NCBI GenBank assembly: GCA_963847625.1
Contig: CAWKAR010000033.1
Coordinates: 74,449-138,448, forward strand
Direction of reading: 5' to 3'
From: a candidate division FCPU426 bacterium
GTDB lineage: Bacteria; Oederibacteriota; Muellerivitia; Muellerivitales; Muellerivitaceae
DNA length: 64,000 bases
Positions 19,548 to 29,960 of this stretch are shown here, piece by piece (position 1 is the first letter of the stretch; every line of letters starts with the position of its first letter). Below the pieces are notes generated by a model that was not told where the DNA came from, did not search any database, and worked only from the letters and a program-made list of their open reading frames with translations. The translations under genes were made by a program, and so were the position numbers.

Positions 19548-21631
19548 AATTCCCGCAAGAGTTGGTCCGCATTGGTGAAATTCATGGGGGCATGACTCGC
19601 TTGTTGAAAAGCTTCCCGGGCTTCAACCCTATTCCGGTCAATGTATAAAAGAGTACCCAAAGTATAGTATAGGTGCGTCGCCGGATAACCGCTTTTCAAG
19701 GCTTGCCGAATGTCCTGGATGGATTCCCGGTGGTCCTGGAACCCCATCTTCAAATCATTGTCCGCGGCCTTTTCCCAAAAACAAGATTCCAGGAAGGGGT
19801 CTCCCCGGAAATAAGGATAGGCTTGTAAAAGCGAATCCCGGACCGGTTGAAAAGACTGGCCATGGACATAGGAAAGGAATTGGTGGATGAAGGGTTTTAA
19901 AGCCTCTGCGGCTTTTTCCCAACGCGCCATTACTTCCTGGCGATTGGGTGTCACAGGCATTACCCAAAGCATCGTCCCACCGTTGGGCTCAGGAGCTTCC
20001 TTGTCGAGGAAATAGGCCTTCCCGTCCGGAAATCGCTTGGCCAGGAAGGGACGGTAATGAACGTTCACGAGGACCGCAGCCCATTTAAACTTTTCCCCTA
20101 AAAGTTCCGGATTCCACACCTGATTGTAGGCATAAGTGGAAAGAGTGAGGGTCTGGTCGCAAAACCCGGGAGAAAAATCCGTGAAAATCAATCCTTGGCC
20201 TTCGTTACGGGCTTTTTGTTTCAGGATTTCATCCGCCTTAAATCGTATAAAAGATTTCGTGTTCCAATAGGACGGGGTTTCCCATGTTTTCCGGTAGGGC
20301 CCCGCTAAGTGGTAAAAATCCAATGCAAAAGAAGCCAAAAAGATTCCGGAAACTACAAAAAACGGTTTCATCACCGGTGAAAAAGACAAGAACCTGGATA
20401 AACCAAGGGCTGCGGCCGCCAGTATGAGTGGCATGAGGGGCAAAAGGCGAAAAGGCTCGAGGGTTTTGGTGAGTAGCGCCGGAACCAGGAACATGACCAG
20501 GCCGATTCCCAGACATCGATAGAGGGGCAGGGTGCGGTTTTTAAACATTTCAAGGCAAGCCAGGAAAAATGCGGACCCGAGGATAGGATTGAGGAACCCA
20601 CCCCAGGCGGGGTAGTAGGGATGGATATGGTCCTGAAATCCCCAGAAAGGCACCGCAAGATAGTCCAAGGATGTCTCCAACTGGTTATGGATGGGAGAGC
20701 TTTTCGAAAAGGCCCAAAGGTCGTTTAAATACCAGCCATATCCTTGGCGGATGGCGGCCAGAACCAGGGGGAAAAATAAGAAGATAGCGGCCATGGAAAA
20801 AATGAAAAAATGGGAAAAACCGGATTTCCTTTTCAGGGAAACGGCCAAAACAACGAGGCCAATGAATCCCGCGATGGGGGGCCAGGAAATATGGATGTAG
20901 AACCCGGCCCCGACGATCATGCCTAAAAACAGACTCCCTGTTTTTTGATCCTTCAGGGGGGCGTTTAAATATTTACCCAAAAAATAAAAGGCCAGGCATT
21001 CCCAAAATGGGATCAACACCGTCATCAACGAATACCGCCCTGCGTAAAAAGGCCAGAAACTACCCGCCAAAAAAAGAAGCAAGAGGAATGAGAACGACTT
21101 GGAAAAATATTGACGGAAGGCGAAATAACCCACGGGGACGGTCAATAACGAGACTAAAGCGGGGAAAAACCAAAGGGTGCCCAACGAGACGCCAAAAATT
21201 TTGAAAAAAAGTCCCAGCCCCCAAGCATACGCCGGAGGGGATTGACTGCTGAAGTAGAACAAGCGCCAGTCCCATTTCCGGGAAAGTTCCAAGGCGGAAT
21301 AATTGATGGAGCCTTCGTCGTAAAGCGGCCAGACCGAAAGAGTGGTGAGTTTGTAAAACCGCACGCAGATGGCCAAAGCCGCCACCGATAACCAAATCCA
21401 GGTTGGAATCGCCGGCAAAAATTCCTTTTGGTAAAGGGGGACTTCTTTTGGGGATGGGGCGGGAAAGAAGTGCCAGGCCATTACCCAGGGGAATACCAAC
21501 CCCAGCAGGCCGATTCCCAGCTTCATCCAAAACGGAAGGGGAAAATAGGCAATAAAGGCGTTAGAAAGGAAGAAAATAAATAAATATGGCCATGGGTTGG
21601 AGGGATAAAAATATCGAAACATGATTTTCAT
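19535..21631 (-). CDS. GT-C-fold membrane glycosyltransferase with C-terminal TPR-like repeats, paralog 5 (first of the coupled trio)
   Basis: Motif FYKLTTLSVWPLYDEG. The stretch SPKEVPLYQKEFLPAIP is identical to paralog 4. TPR-like C-terminus. Confidence 0.8.
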   Translation of the reverse strand: MKIMFRYFYPSNPWPYLFIFFLSNAFIAYFPLPFWMKLGIGLLGLVFPWVMAWHFFPAPSPKEVPLYQKEFLPAIPTWIWLSVAALAICVRFYKLTTLSVWPLYDEGSINYSALELSRKWDWRLFYFSSQSPPAYAWGLGLFFKIFGVSLGTLWFFPALVSLLTVPVGYFAFRQYFSKSFSFLLLLFLAGSFWPFYAGRYSLMTVLIPFWECLAFYFLGKYLNAPLKDQKTGSLFLGMIVGAGFYIHISWPPIAGFIGLVVLAVSLKRKSGFSHFFIFSMAAIFLFFPLVLAAIRQGYGWYLNDLWAFSKSSPIHNQLETSLDYLAVPFWGFQDHIHPYYPAWGGFLNPILGSAFFLACLEMFKNRTLPLYRCLGIGLVMFLVPALLTKTLEPFRLLPLMPLILAAAALGLSRFLSFSPVMKPFFVVSGIFLASFALDFYHLAGPYRKTWETPSYWNTKSFIRFKADEILKQKARNEGQGLIFTDFSPGFCDQTLTLSTYAYNQVWNPELLGEKFKWAAVLVNVHYRPFLAKRFPDGKAYFLDKEAPEPNGGTMLWVMPVTPNRQEVMARWEKAAEALKPFIHQFLSYVHGQSFQPVRDSLLQAYPYFRGDPFLESCFWEKAADNDLKMGFQDHRESIQDIRQALKSGYPATHLYYTLGTLLYIDRNRVEAREAFQQASHAPMNFTNADQLLRELWQK

Positions 21632-21867
21632 TTTGGCAATTTTACCTCGAATTTCCCAGATGAAATTTCTCTTTGAATATAATAAAGCATCGGTTGGCCG
21701 CGTAAACTAGGGTTTTTGCTCGTTTTTGGGATCATAAGAGGAGGAAATGAGATAGGGAAGAAAGTAAAAGAAAAAATAATTTCGATTGGCGGAGGAATAG
21801 AAAAATCATAAATCATACCTGGACCCATTTATTGTGTTAGGCCTGGCTGTCTCTTTAGTACTATTAC

Positions 21868-24077
21868 TTGATAAAAACAATCAGGGAGAATATCCTGCCA
21901 AAACAAAAAATCTTTTTATTTTTCATGTTTTTCCTGTCCGGGTTTAGCGGGCTCACTTATCAAACCATTTGGATTAGGCTGGCCTATGCCCACTTCGGCA
22001 TCACCACCCATGTATTGTCTGTGGTCCTCTCGGTTTTCATGATGGGACTGGCGCTAGGAAGTTGGGCGGGTGGTAGATGGGCTGCCCCACTGACTCGATG
22101 GTCCGGAAGGTCCGTCCTCTTTTTTTACGCCGCCATCGAGGGGCTTACCGGCCTGGGAGGCCGGATGGTTCCCCATTTTTTTTCTTGGGGCCGTCAATCA
22201 CTTTTATCTTTGGGTGACGCCGATTCGGCAAGCTACCTTTTTTTTCGGGCCTTGTCATTCTTGTTTCCCTCCTTCCCTGGTGCTTCGCCATGGGCACCAC
22301 TTTTCCTCTGGGGATGCAATTCATCCGGGAGAAAAGAGCGGCCGAAAAGGAAAGTTTTAGTTTCCTCTACTTGGCCAATGTTTTAGGGGCTTGCACCGGA
22401 ACCTTAGCCACCGCCTATATTCTGGTGGAATGGCTTGGCTTTAATGACACCCTTAAAACAGCATCCGTGGTCAATTTTACAGTCGGGGCGGGAGCCTTAA
22501 TTTGGGCCCTCGTCCTTCCTACTCCTCCCCGGCGCTTACCCCAAAGCGGAAACAGCCAGGCACTCCCAAAAAACTCCATCCGTGCCTGGTATCCGGCTTT
22601 GTTGTTCTCAACAGGCTTCACCTCCATGGCGATGGAAGTGGCTTGGGTGCGTGATTACACTCCCATCCTAGGCAACGAGGTTTATGCTTTCTCGGGCCTG
22701 CTGGCGGTTTATCTTTTCGCCACCTGGATGGGCTCTTGGCTTTACCGACGGCAGACGGTCTTCCAAAAAGTCGTTTCCATTGAAACCCTTTTGGCACTCT
22801 TGTCCTCCTTTGCTTTCCTCCCTGTGGCGCTCAATGATCCGCGCTGGCACCATACCCCGTGGGTGGCGCTTTTAAGCCTGGTCCCCTTTTGCGGCACGCT
22901 GGGTTACTTGACTCCTTGTTTGATTGACCGCTTGTCCAAGGGCGATGCCCGGATCGCGGGCAGGGGATACGCTTTTAATATCCTAGGCTGTATTTTGGGC
23001 CCCCTTTTAGCGTCCTATTTGCTACTTCCTTTCCTTGGATCCCGGTGGTCCCTCGTCGTATTGGCCCTTCCTTTTCTCTTTTTCTACTTAGTTTTGGCAG
23101 GTAAATTCAGTGGGGTTTCATTCCGTCCCTCCCTGCTTTTTCCGGCCTTTGGCCTTTTTATTTTTTCGGGTTTTTTTTGCGGCAGCTATGAGGAAGGGAC
23201 CGACTTGTCAGGGATGAAACAGATGGTTTTAAGACGGGATGCCACAGCAACCGTCATTTCCTACCAGGGTTCCTCGCAAAAGGCCCTATTAGTCAACGGC
23301 ATCGGGATGACCGCCATGACGCCCATCCCGAAAATCATGGCCCATTTACCCATGCTTTTCTGTCCTCATTCCCCCCGATCGGCCCTAGTCATTTGCTTTG
23401 GCATGGGGACAACCTTCCGGTCGATTGCTAGTTGGGGTGTGGATACCACCGCAGTAGAGCTTGTGCCGAGCGTCAGGGACGCTTTTGGTTATTATTTCAC
23501 TGACGCGCAAGCCATTCTAAACAACCCCAAGAACCGCGTGGTTATTGATGACGGGCGGAGGTTTCTTTCCAGGACGCGTCGGAAATTCGACGTGATTACC
23601 CTGGATCCTCCCCCGCCCCCGGAAGCCGCGGGTTCCAGCCTTCTTTATACTGGGGAGTTTTACGCCGCGCTGAAAAACCATCTTCAAGAGGGTGGAGTGG
23701 TACAGCAATGGATCAACTGGGGTAATGCCAAAAGCATGCAAGCCTTCATACGTTCCTTCACCCGTTCTTTCCCCTATGTCAGGGCCTTTGTTTCCTTGCA
23801 CGGGGGGGGCCTTCATATGATTGGTTCTCTACAGCCCCTCACTTTCCCGCCGATTTTGAAGGCGCTTTCCCTTATGCCTGCTTTGGCCCGGAAAGATTTT
23901 GTAGAATGGAATCTAACCAACAAAGACCCAGCCTGGTTCTTAAACCTCATCTTGTCATCGGAAGCGGACTTGAACTCAATGCTCAATCCGGATGAACAAA
24001 TAACCGTCACCGACGACCGGCCCTTTAATGAGTATTATTTGCTTCGCCGGGCGTTCCCAACCGTTTTTCGGTATTAG
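21868..24077 (+). pseudogene. spermidine-synthase-like (polyamine aminopropyltransferase fold) protein fused to an N-terminal polytopic membrane domain; reading frame broken at a T8 tract (22238..22245)
   Basis: ORF 21868..22386 (TM-rich N-terminus, TTG start) and ORF 22290..24077 (C-terminus with the aminopropyltransferase-like region LVICFGMGTT...ITLDPPPP) lie in different frames. Shifting +/-1 at the T8 run gives one continuous protein (..SASYLFFSGLVILVSLLPWCFAMGTTFPLG..). This could be a real frameshift or a homopolymer sequencing error. Confidence 0.55.
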
Positions 24078-24177
24078 AGTCTAATAAAACTTCAAATTTG
24101 CCACAACAGTGCTTCAAACCGCACAGTTTAGAAATTTGAAATGGAAAAGTTTTTAGATTCGAGAAACACACCAGTCA

Positions 24178-26283
24178 TTACCCGGGGGTCTTCCTTAAAT
24201 TTTCCAAAGCGTTTGTGTGGTTCAGGGGGGAACGGAGCGCGGACTCAAAGGCCTGACGGGCTTTGGCGTAATCCCCCTGGGTAAACCAAAATACCCCCAA
24301 GTCATTGAATAAATGAGCGGCGGGGTAACCCATGGTAAGGGCCTGACGCAGAGCTTCAAGGCCAAGGGCAGGTTTTGAATCCACCATTGCATTGAAAAAT
24401 ATTTTTTCCGCAAGGCAGGATTTTAAAAAAGGGTCTGAATTAGCCAGGGTCTGCAATCTGGCCATGGAATCCAAAATATGCTGATGCGACTTGCCGAAAC
24501 CGAGATTTACTGTCTCCCAAACCAATGGTCGCATGGCCCGTTCGAATTCCATCCAATGGCCCAATATCGCCCGGATTTCGGGATGGTTCATGTCCAATAT
24601 CCCCAAGATCAAGATTTCTTGGGACCGGTAGTTTTCAGGGATTGTTTGAAACCATTGTATCTCAGGAAATCGCCTTGCCAGGAAGGGCGCGTAATTGATG
24701 TTAGTTAAGAAACCGATCCACGTTGAATTTGTCGGAGATAACCTTGGATTCCACGCCGCATTAAAAGGATAGGTGGCTAAGGTGAGTGTTTGGTTAAAAG
24801 AGGATGATTCAAACGATGTAAAAATGAGGCCCGGACCTTTATTTTGTGCTTTTTCCCGAAGGATATCATATGCCTTCATCCGTTCGTAAGACCTGGTATC
24901 GGCATTAAAGGTTAAGTAATCCGAATGACAAGATTGTTGATAAGGGCCGAGCAGGTGGTAAAAATCCAAACCCGTCGAAATTGCGAGAATGCCCAAAATT
25001 GCGCCAAGACGAACCGAAGGAGAAAGCTTTAAAGCTAAAACTGACATGCCCATCATAATAACTGCCAGCAACAAAGGAATGATTAATACTAGCCGGAAAA
25101 ATTCAAGTTCCATGGTTAACCAACCCGGCAAAATAAAAAGAACTAACCCAAAACCTAATAAAAGACCCATGGCCGTATTACGGAATCGATACAACTCCAC
25201 CAAGCCCAAGAAGAAAAAACTATCCAATAATGGATTTAAATAACCTCCCCAAAAAGGTTTATAACCGTGCCTATTGGTTTCTACACCCCAAAAAATACTG
25301 CAGAAATAGTTCCAACAAATTTTCGTCTGAGATTGCCAATCATGATGAGCTTGAAAGGCCCAAAGCATGGAAAAATAAGTTCCAAGTCTTTGATAAAAGG
25401 CGGCTACTAAAAACGGGGTGGCGGAAAGAATCAATGGAATGAGAAACCAAAAGAGGGTGGAAAATTTAAAGGATGAGCCCCTTAAAGCCATTGCCACTGT
25501 CAAAAATATCAATAACACCATGAAAGGCCATGATAGGTAGGCATAAAATCCCACGCCCGTCAGCACTCCAAGTAACGCTGCTTTTTTATTTTGACCATAA
25601 CCGCTGAGACTTTTTAAAAAACCTCCCAAACTGATAAAAACCAATAGTTCCCAAAACACGAGGAACAGCGGAGGGACACTATAACGACCCAAATAAAAAG
25701 GCCAAAAACTAAGAGCGAATAAAGAACCACCGATCCAGGCAAAGGAACGGTTGAAAAAAAGCTTGCATGCCCAAAAATACAAGAGAATTAAAAGGAATGA
25801 CAGGCAGGCAGGGAAAAGCCAGAGGGAAGTCAAGGAAGGACCCAATATTTTAAAAAATAAACCAAGAGACCAGGGAAATAGCGGCGGACTTTGAAAAGGG
25901 AGGTAAAAAAGACTCCACTTTCTTTCTTCAGAAAGTTCCAAGGCGGCAAAACCGAAATATCCCTCGTCGATAAGGGGCCAACCTGAGAGATTGGTGAGCT
26001 TGTAAAACCGGATGAAAATGGCAAGAAGCCCAATAACAACCATCACTCCAATTGGAAAAGTCGGCAGGAATTCCACGGGCACCATCGATTCCCCTCTCGC
26101 TGCTGGTGGGCAACTCGATAATGCCAAGACCAACGGCAAGAGAAGACATGTCACGGCAATCCATAATTGGGAGGTGACGGAAAGATGGAAATAGGATAGA
26201 AGAAAATTCCCGATTAAAATAAATGGAATATAAAACCAGGGATTGTAAGGAATATCGAATTTATTTATTTTGGATAAATCCAT
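24178..26283 (-). CDS. GT-C-fold membrane glycosyltransferase with C-terminal TPR-like repeats, paralog 6
   Basis: Motif FYKLTNLSGWPLIDEG and C-terminal PAAHLFNDLGVFWFTQGDYAKARQAFESAL. I chose the start at 26283 (MDLSKINKFDIPYNPW) because it matches the N-termini of the other paralogs. The ORF extends 34 codons further upstream, to 26385. Confidence 0.7.
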   Translation of the reverse strand: MDLSKINKFDIPYNPWFYIPFILIGNFLLSYFHLSVTSQLWIAVTCLLLPLVLALSSCPPAARGESMVPVEFLPTFPIGVMVVIGLLAIFIRFYKLTNLSGWPLIDEGYFGFAALELSEERKWSLFYLPFQSPPLFPWSLGLFFKILGPSLTSLWLFPACLSFLLILLYFWACKLFFNRSFAWIGGSLFALSFWPFYLGRYSVPPLFLVFWELLVFISLGGFLKSLSGYGQNKKAALLGVLTGVGFYAYLSWPFMVLLIFLTVAMALRGSSFKFSTLFWFLIPLILSATPFLVAAFYQRLGTYFSMLWAFQAHHDWQSQTKICWNYFCSIFWGVETNRHGYKPFWGGYLNPLLDSFFFLGLVELYRFRNTAMGLLLGFGLVLFILPGWLTMELEFFRLVLIIPLLLAVIMMGMSVLALKLSPSVRLGAILGILAISTGLDFYHLLGPYQQSCHSDYLTFNADTRSYERMKAYDILREKAQNKGPGLIFTSFESSSFNQTLTLATYPFNAAWNPRLSPTNSTWIGFLTNINYAPFLARRFPEIQWFQTIPENYRSQEILILGILDMNHPEIRAILGHWMEFERAMRPLVWETVNLGFGKSHQHILDSMARLQTLANSDPFLKSCLAEKIFFNAMVDSKPALGLEALRQALTMGYPAAHLFNDLGVFWFTQGDYAKARQAFESALRSPLNHTNALENLRKTPG

Positions 26284-26419
26284 GGTTCTATTTGCTTTCT
26301 TTGAAAAGTATTTTAATTTTTTCAGCGGGCCTTGTGGCCCGAAGAACAGGCATCTGGGACAAATTGCATCCGTGGTATTTGCCAAAGTTACCTAAGAGTT
26401 TCAGCTTTTTCATTTTCCT

Positions 26420-28576
26420 TTAACTTGCCCCATTCCCCTGTGGTTTATCCTGGAAAATTTTTTCCTGCGGCTGTTTATGGTTATCCCGGAGGATCCGATC
26501 GAGAATTTTAATATTCTCCCAGGCTGAATTGGAATTATACGGGGATAAAACAGCTTTTTGAAAAGCGGACCGGGCCTCAGCGAACCTTCCCATATCAGTC
26601 AAAAGCGACCCTTCTAGGTAATAGAGATGAGGGACTGGAAAACCTTTTTTTATGGCTTGTTGAAAGGCTTGAAGAGCGCCCAAACTGTCCTGAATGGAAA
26701 CACGATGAAAAGCCACTTTCTCCCATAGGCAGGTCATTAGAAAGGGATCCGACTTGACAGTAGGTTCGATTTCCAGGAGCTGACGGATGATTGGTAACTT
26801 CGATTCACCCATAAAAAGATCGAAAGTTTGAGAAGTAATGGGTTGAAGGCGTCTATTGAACTCGTACCAGGAGCGAAGGGTTTGGATGTTGAAGGGATCG
26901 ACAGGTATGACGCCGAGCATTTCATTTTGTTCCAGCCAGTACCAATGGCCAGTTGGAAAGGCTTTTGACAAGAACTGCCTGTAATCAGGATGGACCAGAA
27001 GGGCGGCCCAACGCGCCTCCGAGAAAGGGATCCGATTGTTACGGGCAGCATTGAATGAATATGTGGCAATGGTAAGAGTTTGATCCCCGATTTCAGGGCG
27101 AAATTCCGAAAGTATCATGCCGGGGCCTTTTTCCTTGTTTATTTTTTCCAAAATTCCATAAGCCCTCCAGTATTGGATTAATTTCAAATGATTCCAAGCG
27201 GGCCCAGGCGTTCCCCCAAGGCGGTGATAGGGACCTTCCAAATGGTAAAGGTCCAAAGTGATCGAAGCCAACAACAGCAGGACCATTCCCGCCGACTTCC
27301 AGGAGGAAAACTTGCCCGGCCTGAAAAACAAGTCGAACCATCCCAGGCAGGAGATAAAAACCAGCAACGGAAAAATTTGAGTCATCCGGAATATTTCAAA
27401 CCCTTGGGCGAGAAAACCCGGCAAAGAAAACAGGATCAAGCTAAACAAAATCCATTGGAAAAAACCCTGACGGCGGTACTGGATGCATTTCAAGATGCCC
27501 AGGAAGAAACCTGTGTCCAGGATGGGATTCAGCATGCCGCCCCAAAGGGGACCGAAACAATTAGGCGGGCTGGCCGCCCAAAAAAGGGAGGCCCATTTGA
27601 GGAAGCCTTCCGTAATTGAAGCGGCCCAATCCGAATCTGGAGAAAAAGCCCAAATATGTTTTACGTGTACACCGTTGTTTAATTTCCATGAAAGGAAGAA
27701 AAATATTCCGGTAAAAAAAAACAAGGGTAGAGCCATTGAAAATAATATTTTTATCGTCTGGGGACCTTTTTGTTTTATAGGACCAATCACCGCCGATATA
27801 ACACAAAGAGCCACCACGGGCCAGGCCGCACCGGTGAAAAAACCAATCCCGACCACCATTCCTAAACCAAAAGCGGACAAAAAAAGAGCAGCAGGAGTTG
27901 ACGATCTTAAGAGTTGTATCAAGGTAGTAAAAGCAAGGACTGTCCAAAAAAGTATTATGACATACCATACACAAAATTTAGCGGTGTAAAGAAAAGGAAA
28001 ACTAAAGGAAAAAAGTGCCAAAAGCATAAAAGAAAAATAATCGAAAAAAAACCGTCTATTAAACCAAGCCACGATAACGGTAAAAATTGAAACCAAGCCG
28101 GGAAAGAACCAAAGGGAAAAAAGGGATGGGGGAAAGATTTTAAAGAAAAGCGCCAAAAGCCATTGGGTGAGTGGCGGAACTTGGGCGTAGCTAAAAAAAA
28201 ATTTCCAATCCCATTTTTTAGCTAATTCCATTGCGTAATAACAGTAAAGTCCATCGTCTCCGGTGGGCCAAGTCGATAGGGTCGTCAATTGGGCTAGGCG
28301 TGGCAAACAAGCGAGAATGAGCAAGGACGACCAACACCACCAAGGCAAAACAAATTGGTTGGGTTTTTTCCAGGGAATGGGTTGTTCCGCGGAGCCTAAG
28401 GGTACCCACCCAAAAGCCGCCACTAAGGGTAAGATAATTCCCGCAAGAACGACAACAAGTTTGATGTTTCCGGGAAGAGGAAAATACGATAGAAGCGTGT
28501 TGGTGAGCAGAAAAATAAAAAAATAGATCCAGGAGTTTTGAGGCAGGGAAACATTTTTATGAAAACAAGAGAACAT
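26420..28576 (-). CDS. GT-C-fold membrane glycosyltransferase with C-terminal TPR-like repeats, paralog 7
   Basis: Motif TWPTGDDG..VPPLTQWL and C-terminal PVPHLYYLEGSLLTDMGRFAEARSAFQKAV. I chose the start at the internal ATG 28576 (MFSCFHKNVSLPQNSWIYFF), 10 nt after the hpnE stop. The longer ORF, to 28723, would overlap hpnE by 137 nt with an Arg/Pro-rich extension. Confidence 0.7.
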   Translation of the reverse strand: MFSCFHKNVSLPQNSWIYFFIFLLTNTLLSYFPLPGNIKLVVVLAGIILPLVAAFGWVPLGSAEQPIPWKKPNQFVLPWWCWSSLLILACLPRLAQLTTLSTWPTGDDGLYCYYAMELAKKWDWKFFFSYAQVPPLTQWLLALFFKIFPPSLFSLWFFPGLVSIFTVIVAWFNRRFFFDYFSFMLLALFSFSFPFLYTAKFCVWYVIILFWTVLAFTTLIQLLRSSTPAALFLSAFGLGMVVGIGFFTGAAWPVVALCVISAVIGPIKQKGPQTIKILFSMALPLFFFTGIFFFLSWKLNNGVHVKHIWAFSPDSDWAASITEGFLKWASLFWAASPPNCFGPLWGGMLNPILDTGFFLGILKCIQYRRQGFFQWILFSLILFSLPGFLAQGFEIFRMTQIFPLLVFISCLGWFDLFFRPGKFSSWKSAGMVLLLLASITLDLYHLEGPYHRLGGTPGPAWNHLKLIQYWRAYGILEKINKEKGPGMILSEFRPEIGDQTLTIATYSFNAARNNRIPFSEARWAALLVHPDYRQFLSKAFPTGHWYWLEQNEMLGVIPVDPFNIQTLRSWYEFNRRLQPITSQTFDLFMGESKLPIIRQLLEIEPTVKSDPFLMTCLWEKVAFHRVSIQDSLGALQAFQQAIKKGFPVPHLYYLEGSLLTDMGRFAEARSAFQKAVLSPYNSNSAWENIKILDRILRDNHKQPQEKIFQDKPQGNGAS

Positions 28577-28586
28577 TAGTCCTATT

Positions 28587-29921
28587 TTATGTTTTTTTGC
28601 CAAGGACTTCTTGAGCTTTCTCCGCAGCCTTGTGGCCCGAAAGGCAGGCGCCCTCGATGGTGGCCGGGAGTCCGGTATCGGTAAAGTCGCCGGCCAGGAA
28701 GATATGGGGGAAAGGCGTCTCACAAGGAGGTCTCAGGGAGTCCGTTTCCCGTGACCAGCGGAAGGTCGCCGACATTTCACGAGTGACTTTAGAATGAAGC
28801 ACCTGGGCTTTCCGGGCTAATGGACAACGAACCTTTAATTCTTCCGCCGCCAAGTCCACCAGTTCCTTATCCGTCATTCGGGAGAGTTTTTCGGCGGCGC
28901 TGGCCGTGAAGCTGAGGTACTGGCCCTCCCCCCTCCAATTCCAGTTGGCGTTGCGGTTGAAAACCCACTCGAATTGGGCGCCTGACAGCCCCACCAGGGA
29001 CTCGCAGGTGACTTCCAGGGAGAGGATCAAGTGAACCGACAGGATGGGGGATTTGCCCAGTTTTGGCAGGGTTTCCAAGGCGGGCCAGCTTCCTTTCGGC
29101 CAAACGGCGTGAAGGGAAGCGGGGGAAACGGCCAGGACCAGGGCATCGCCGGAATAAGTTTTTCCAGATCGGCCGGTGAGAGTGAAATCATTTCCATGAA
29201 CTTGAATTGTTTGGATTCTCTCATGAAAATGAACCATCCCCCCTTTTTCTTCAAGGTAAGGAGCCACCTGGGGAAAGGCTAATTCGCTCAAGGGTTTGAT
29301 GGCGAGCCCAAAGGCGCTGTCAAAGCGGGAACCGAAGAAAACATGGTGAAGCACCTCTCCCAGGCCCCTCAGGGGGGCGATATCCGTCCCTATGTTCATC
29401 ACCGCGTTGGAAAGAGGAACCCAGAACCTTTTCCGGGCGGCGGGACCTTGGCCCGAGGCGTCTAAAAATTGGGAGACAGTCTCCAAGCCAGGATTGATCT
29501 TGAAGGGTTTTTTTGAAAAAACCAAGAGAGCCCTGGCCAGGCTTATTTTTTCCCCGAAGGGAAAGGCGTTGGAAGTCAGAAGGCCATAGGCCAAGTGGAA
29601 AGGCGCGGGAAAGCGAGCGCATTGAAGCGATACTTTTCCCCCGGGTGTGAGCCAGGAAAGACGCAGGGGATCGATCCATCGGAAAGAATTTTCCACCCCC
29701 AAGCGTCTTAACAGCGCCAATGTTTCCCGGTAACAACCCATGAAAAGATGCGGGCCATTGTCGCAGGCATAGGGAAAAGCCTTGGTGGGGGCGGTGGAAT
29801 AGACTCGGCCGCCCAAAAACCCGCGGGATTCCAGAAGGTCCACCGAATGGCCCTTTTGCGCCAAGGCAGTGGCGGCCGCCACTCCGGCAAAACCACCCCC
29901 GACCACCAGGACCTTCGGCAT
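28587..29921 (-). CDS. hpnE: hydroxysqualene dehydroxylase (squalene-associated FAD-dependent desaturase, amine-oxidase fold)
   Basis: N-terminal FAD dinucleotide-binding motif VLVVGGGFAGVAAA. It is 444 aa and lies directly downstream of an hpnD-like gene. Confidence 0.75.
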   Translation of the reverse strand: MPKVLVVGGGFAGVAAATALAQKGHSVDLLESRGFLGGRVYSTAPTKAFPYACDNGPHLFMGCYRETLALLRRLGVENSFRWIDPLRLSWLTPGGKVSLQCARFPAPFHLAYGLLTSNAFPFGEKISLARALLVFSKKPFKINPGLETVSQFLDASGQGPAARKRFWVPLSNAVMNIGTDIAPLRGLGEVLHHVFFGSRFDSAFGLAIKPLSELAFPQVAPYLEEKGGMVHFHERIQTIQVHGNDFTLTGRSGKTYSGDALVLAVSPASLHAVWPKGSWPALETLPKLGKSPILSVHLILSLEVTCESLVGLSGAQFEWVFNRNANWNWRGEGQYLSFTASAAEKLSRMTDKELVDLAAEELKVRCPLARKAQVLHSKVTREMSATFRWSRETDSLRPPCETPFPHIFLAGDFTDTGLPATIEGACLSGHKAAEKAQEVLGKKT

Positions 29922-29960
29922 GAAAACCTCCTAAGATCACCCGGCCATTTACCGGATGGA

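Noticed and set aside
26284-26385. A 34-codon N-terminal extension of GT-C paralog 6 (MANTTDAICPRCLFFGPQG...). A similar 49-codon extension of paralog 7 (28577..28723) would overlap hpnE
   Set aside because: The extensions are Arg/Pro/Cys-rich and unlike the conserved N-termini of the other paralogs, which have about 12 to 20 residues before the NPW motif. Internal ATGs give consistent starts and remove the 137-nt overlap with hpnE.
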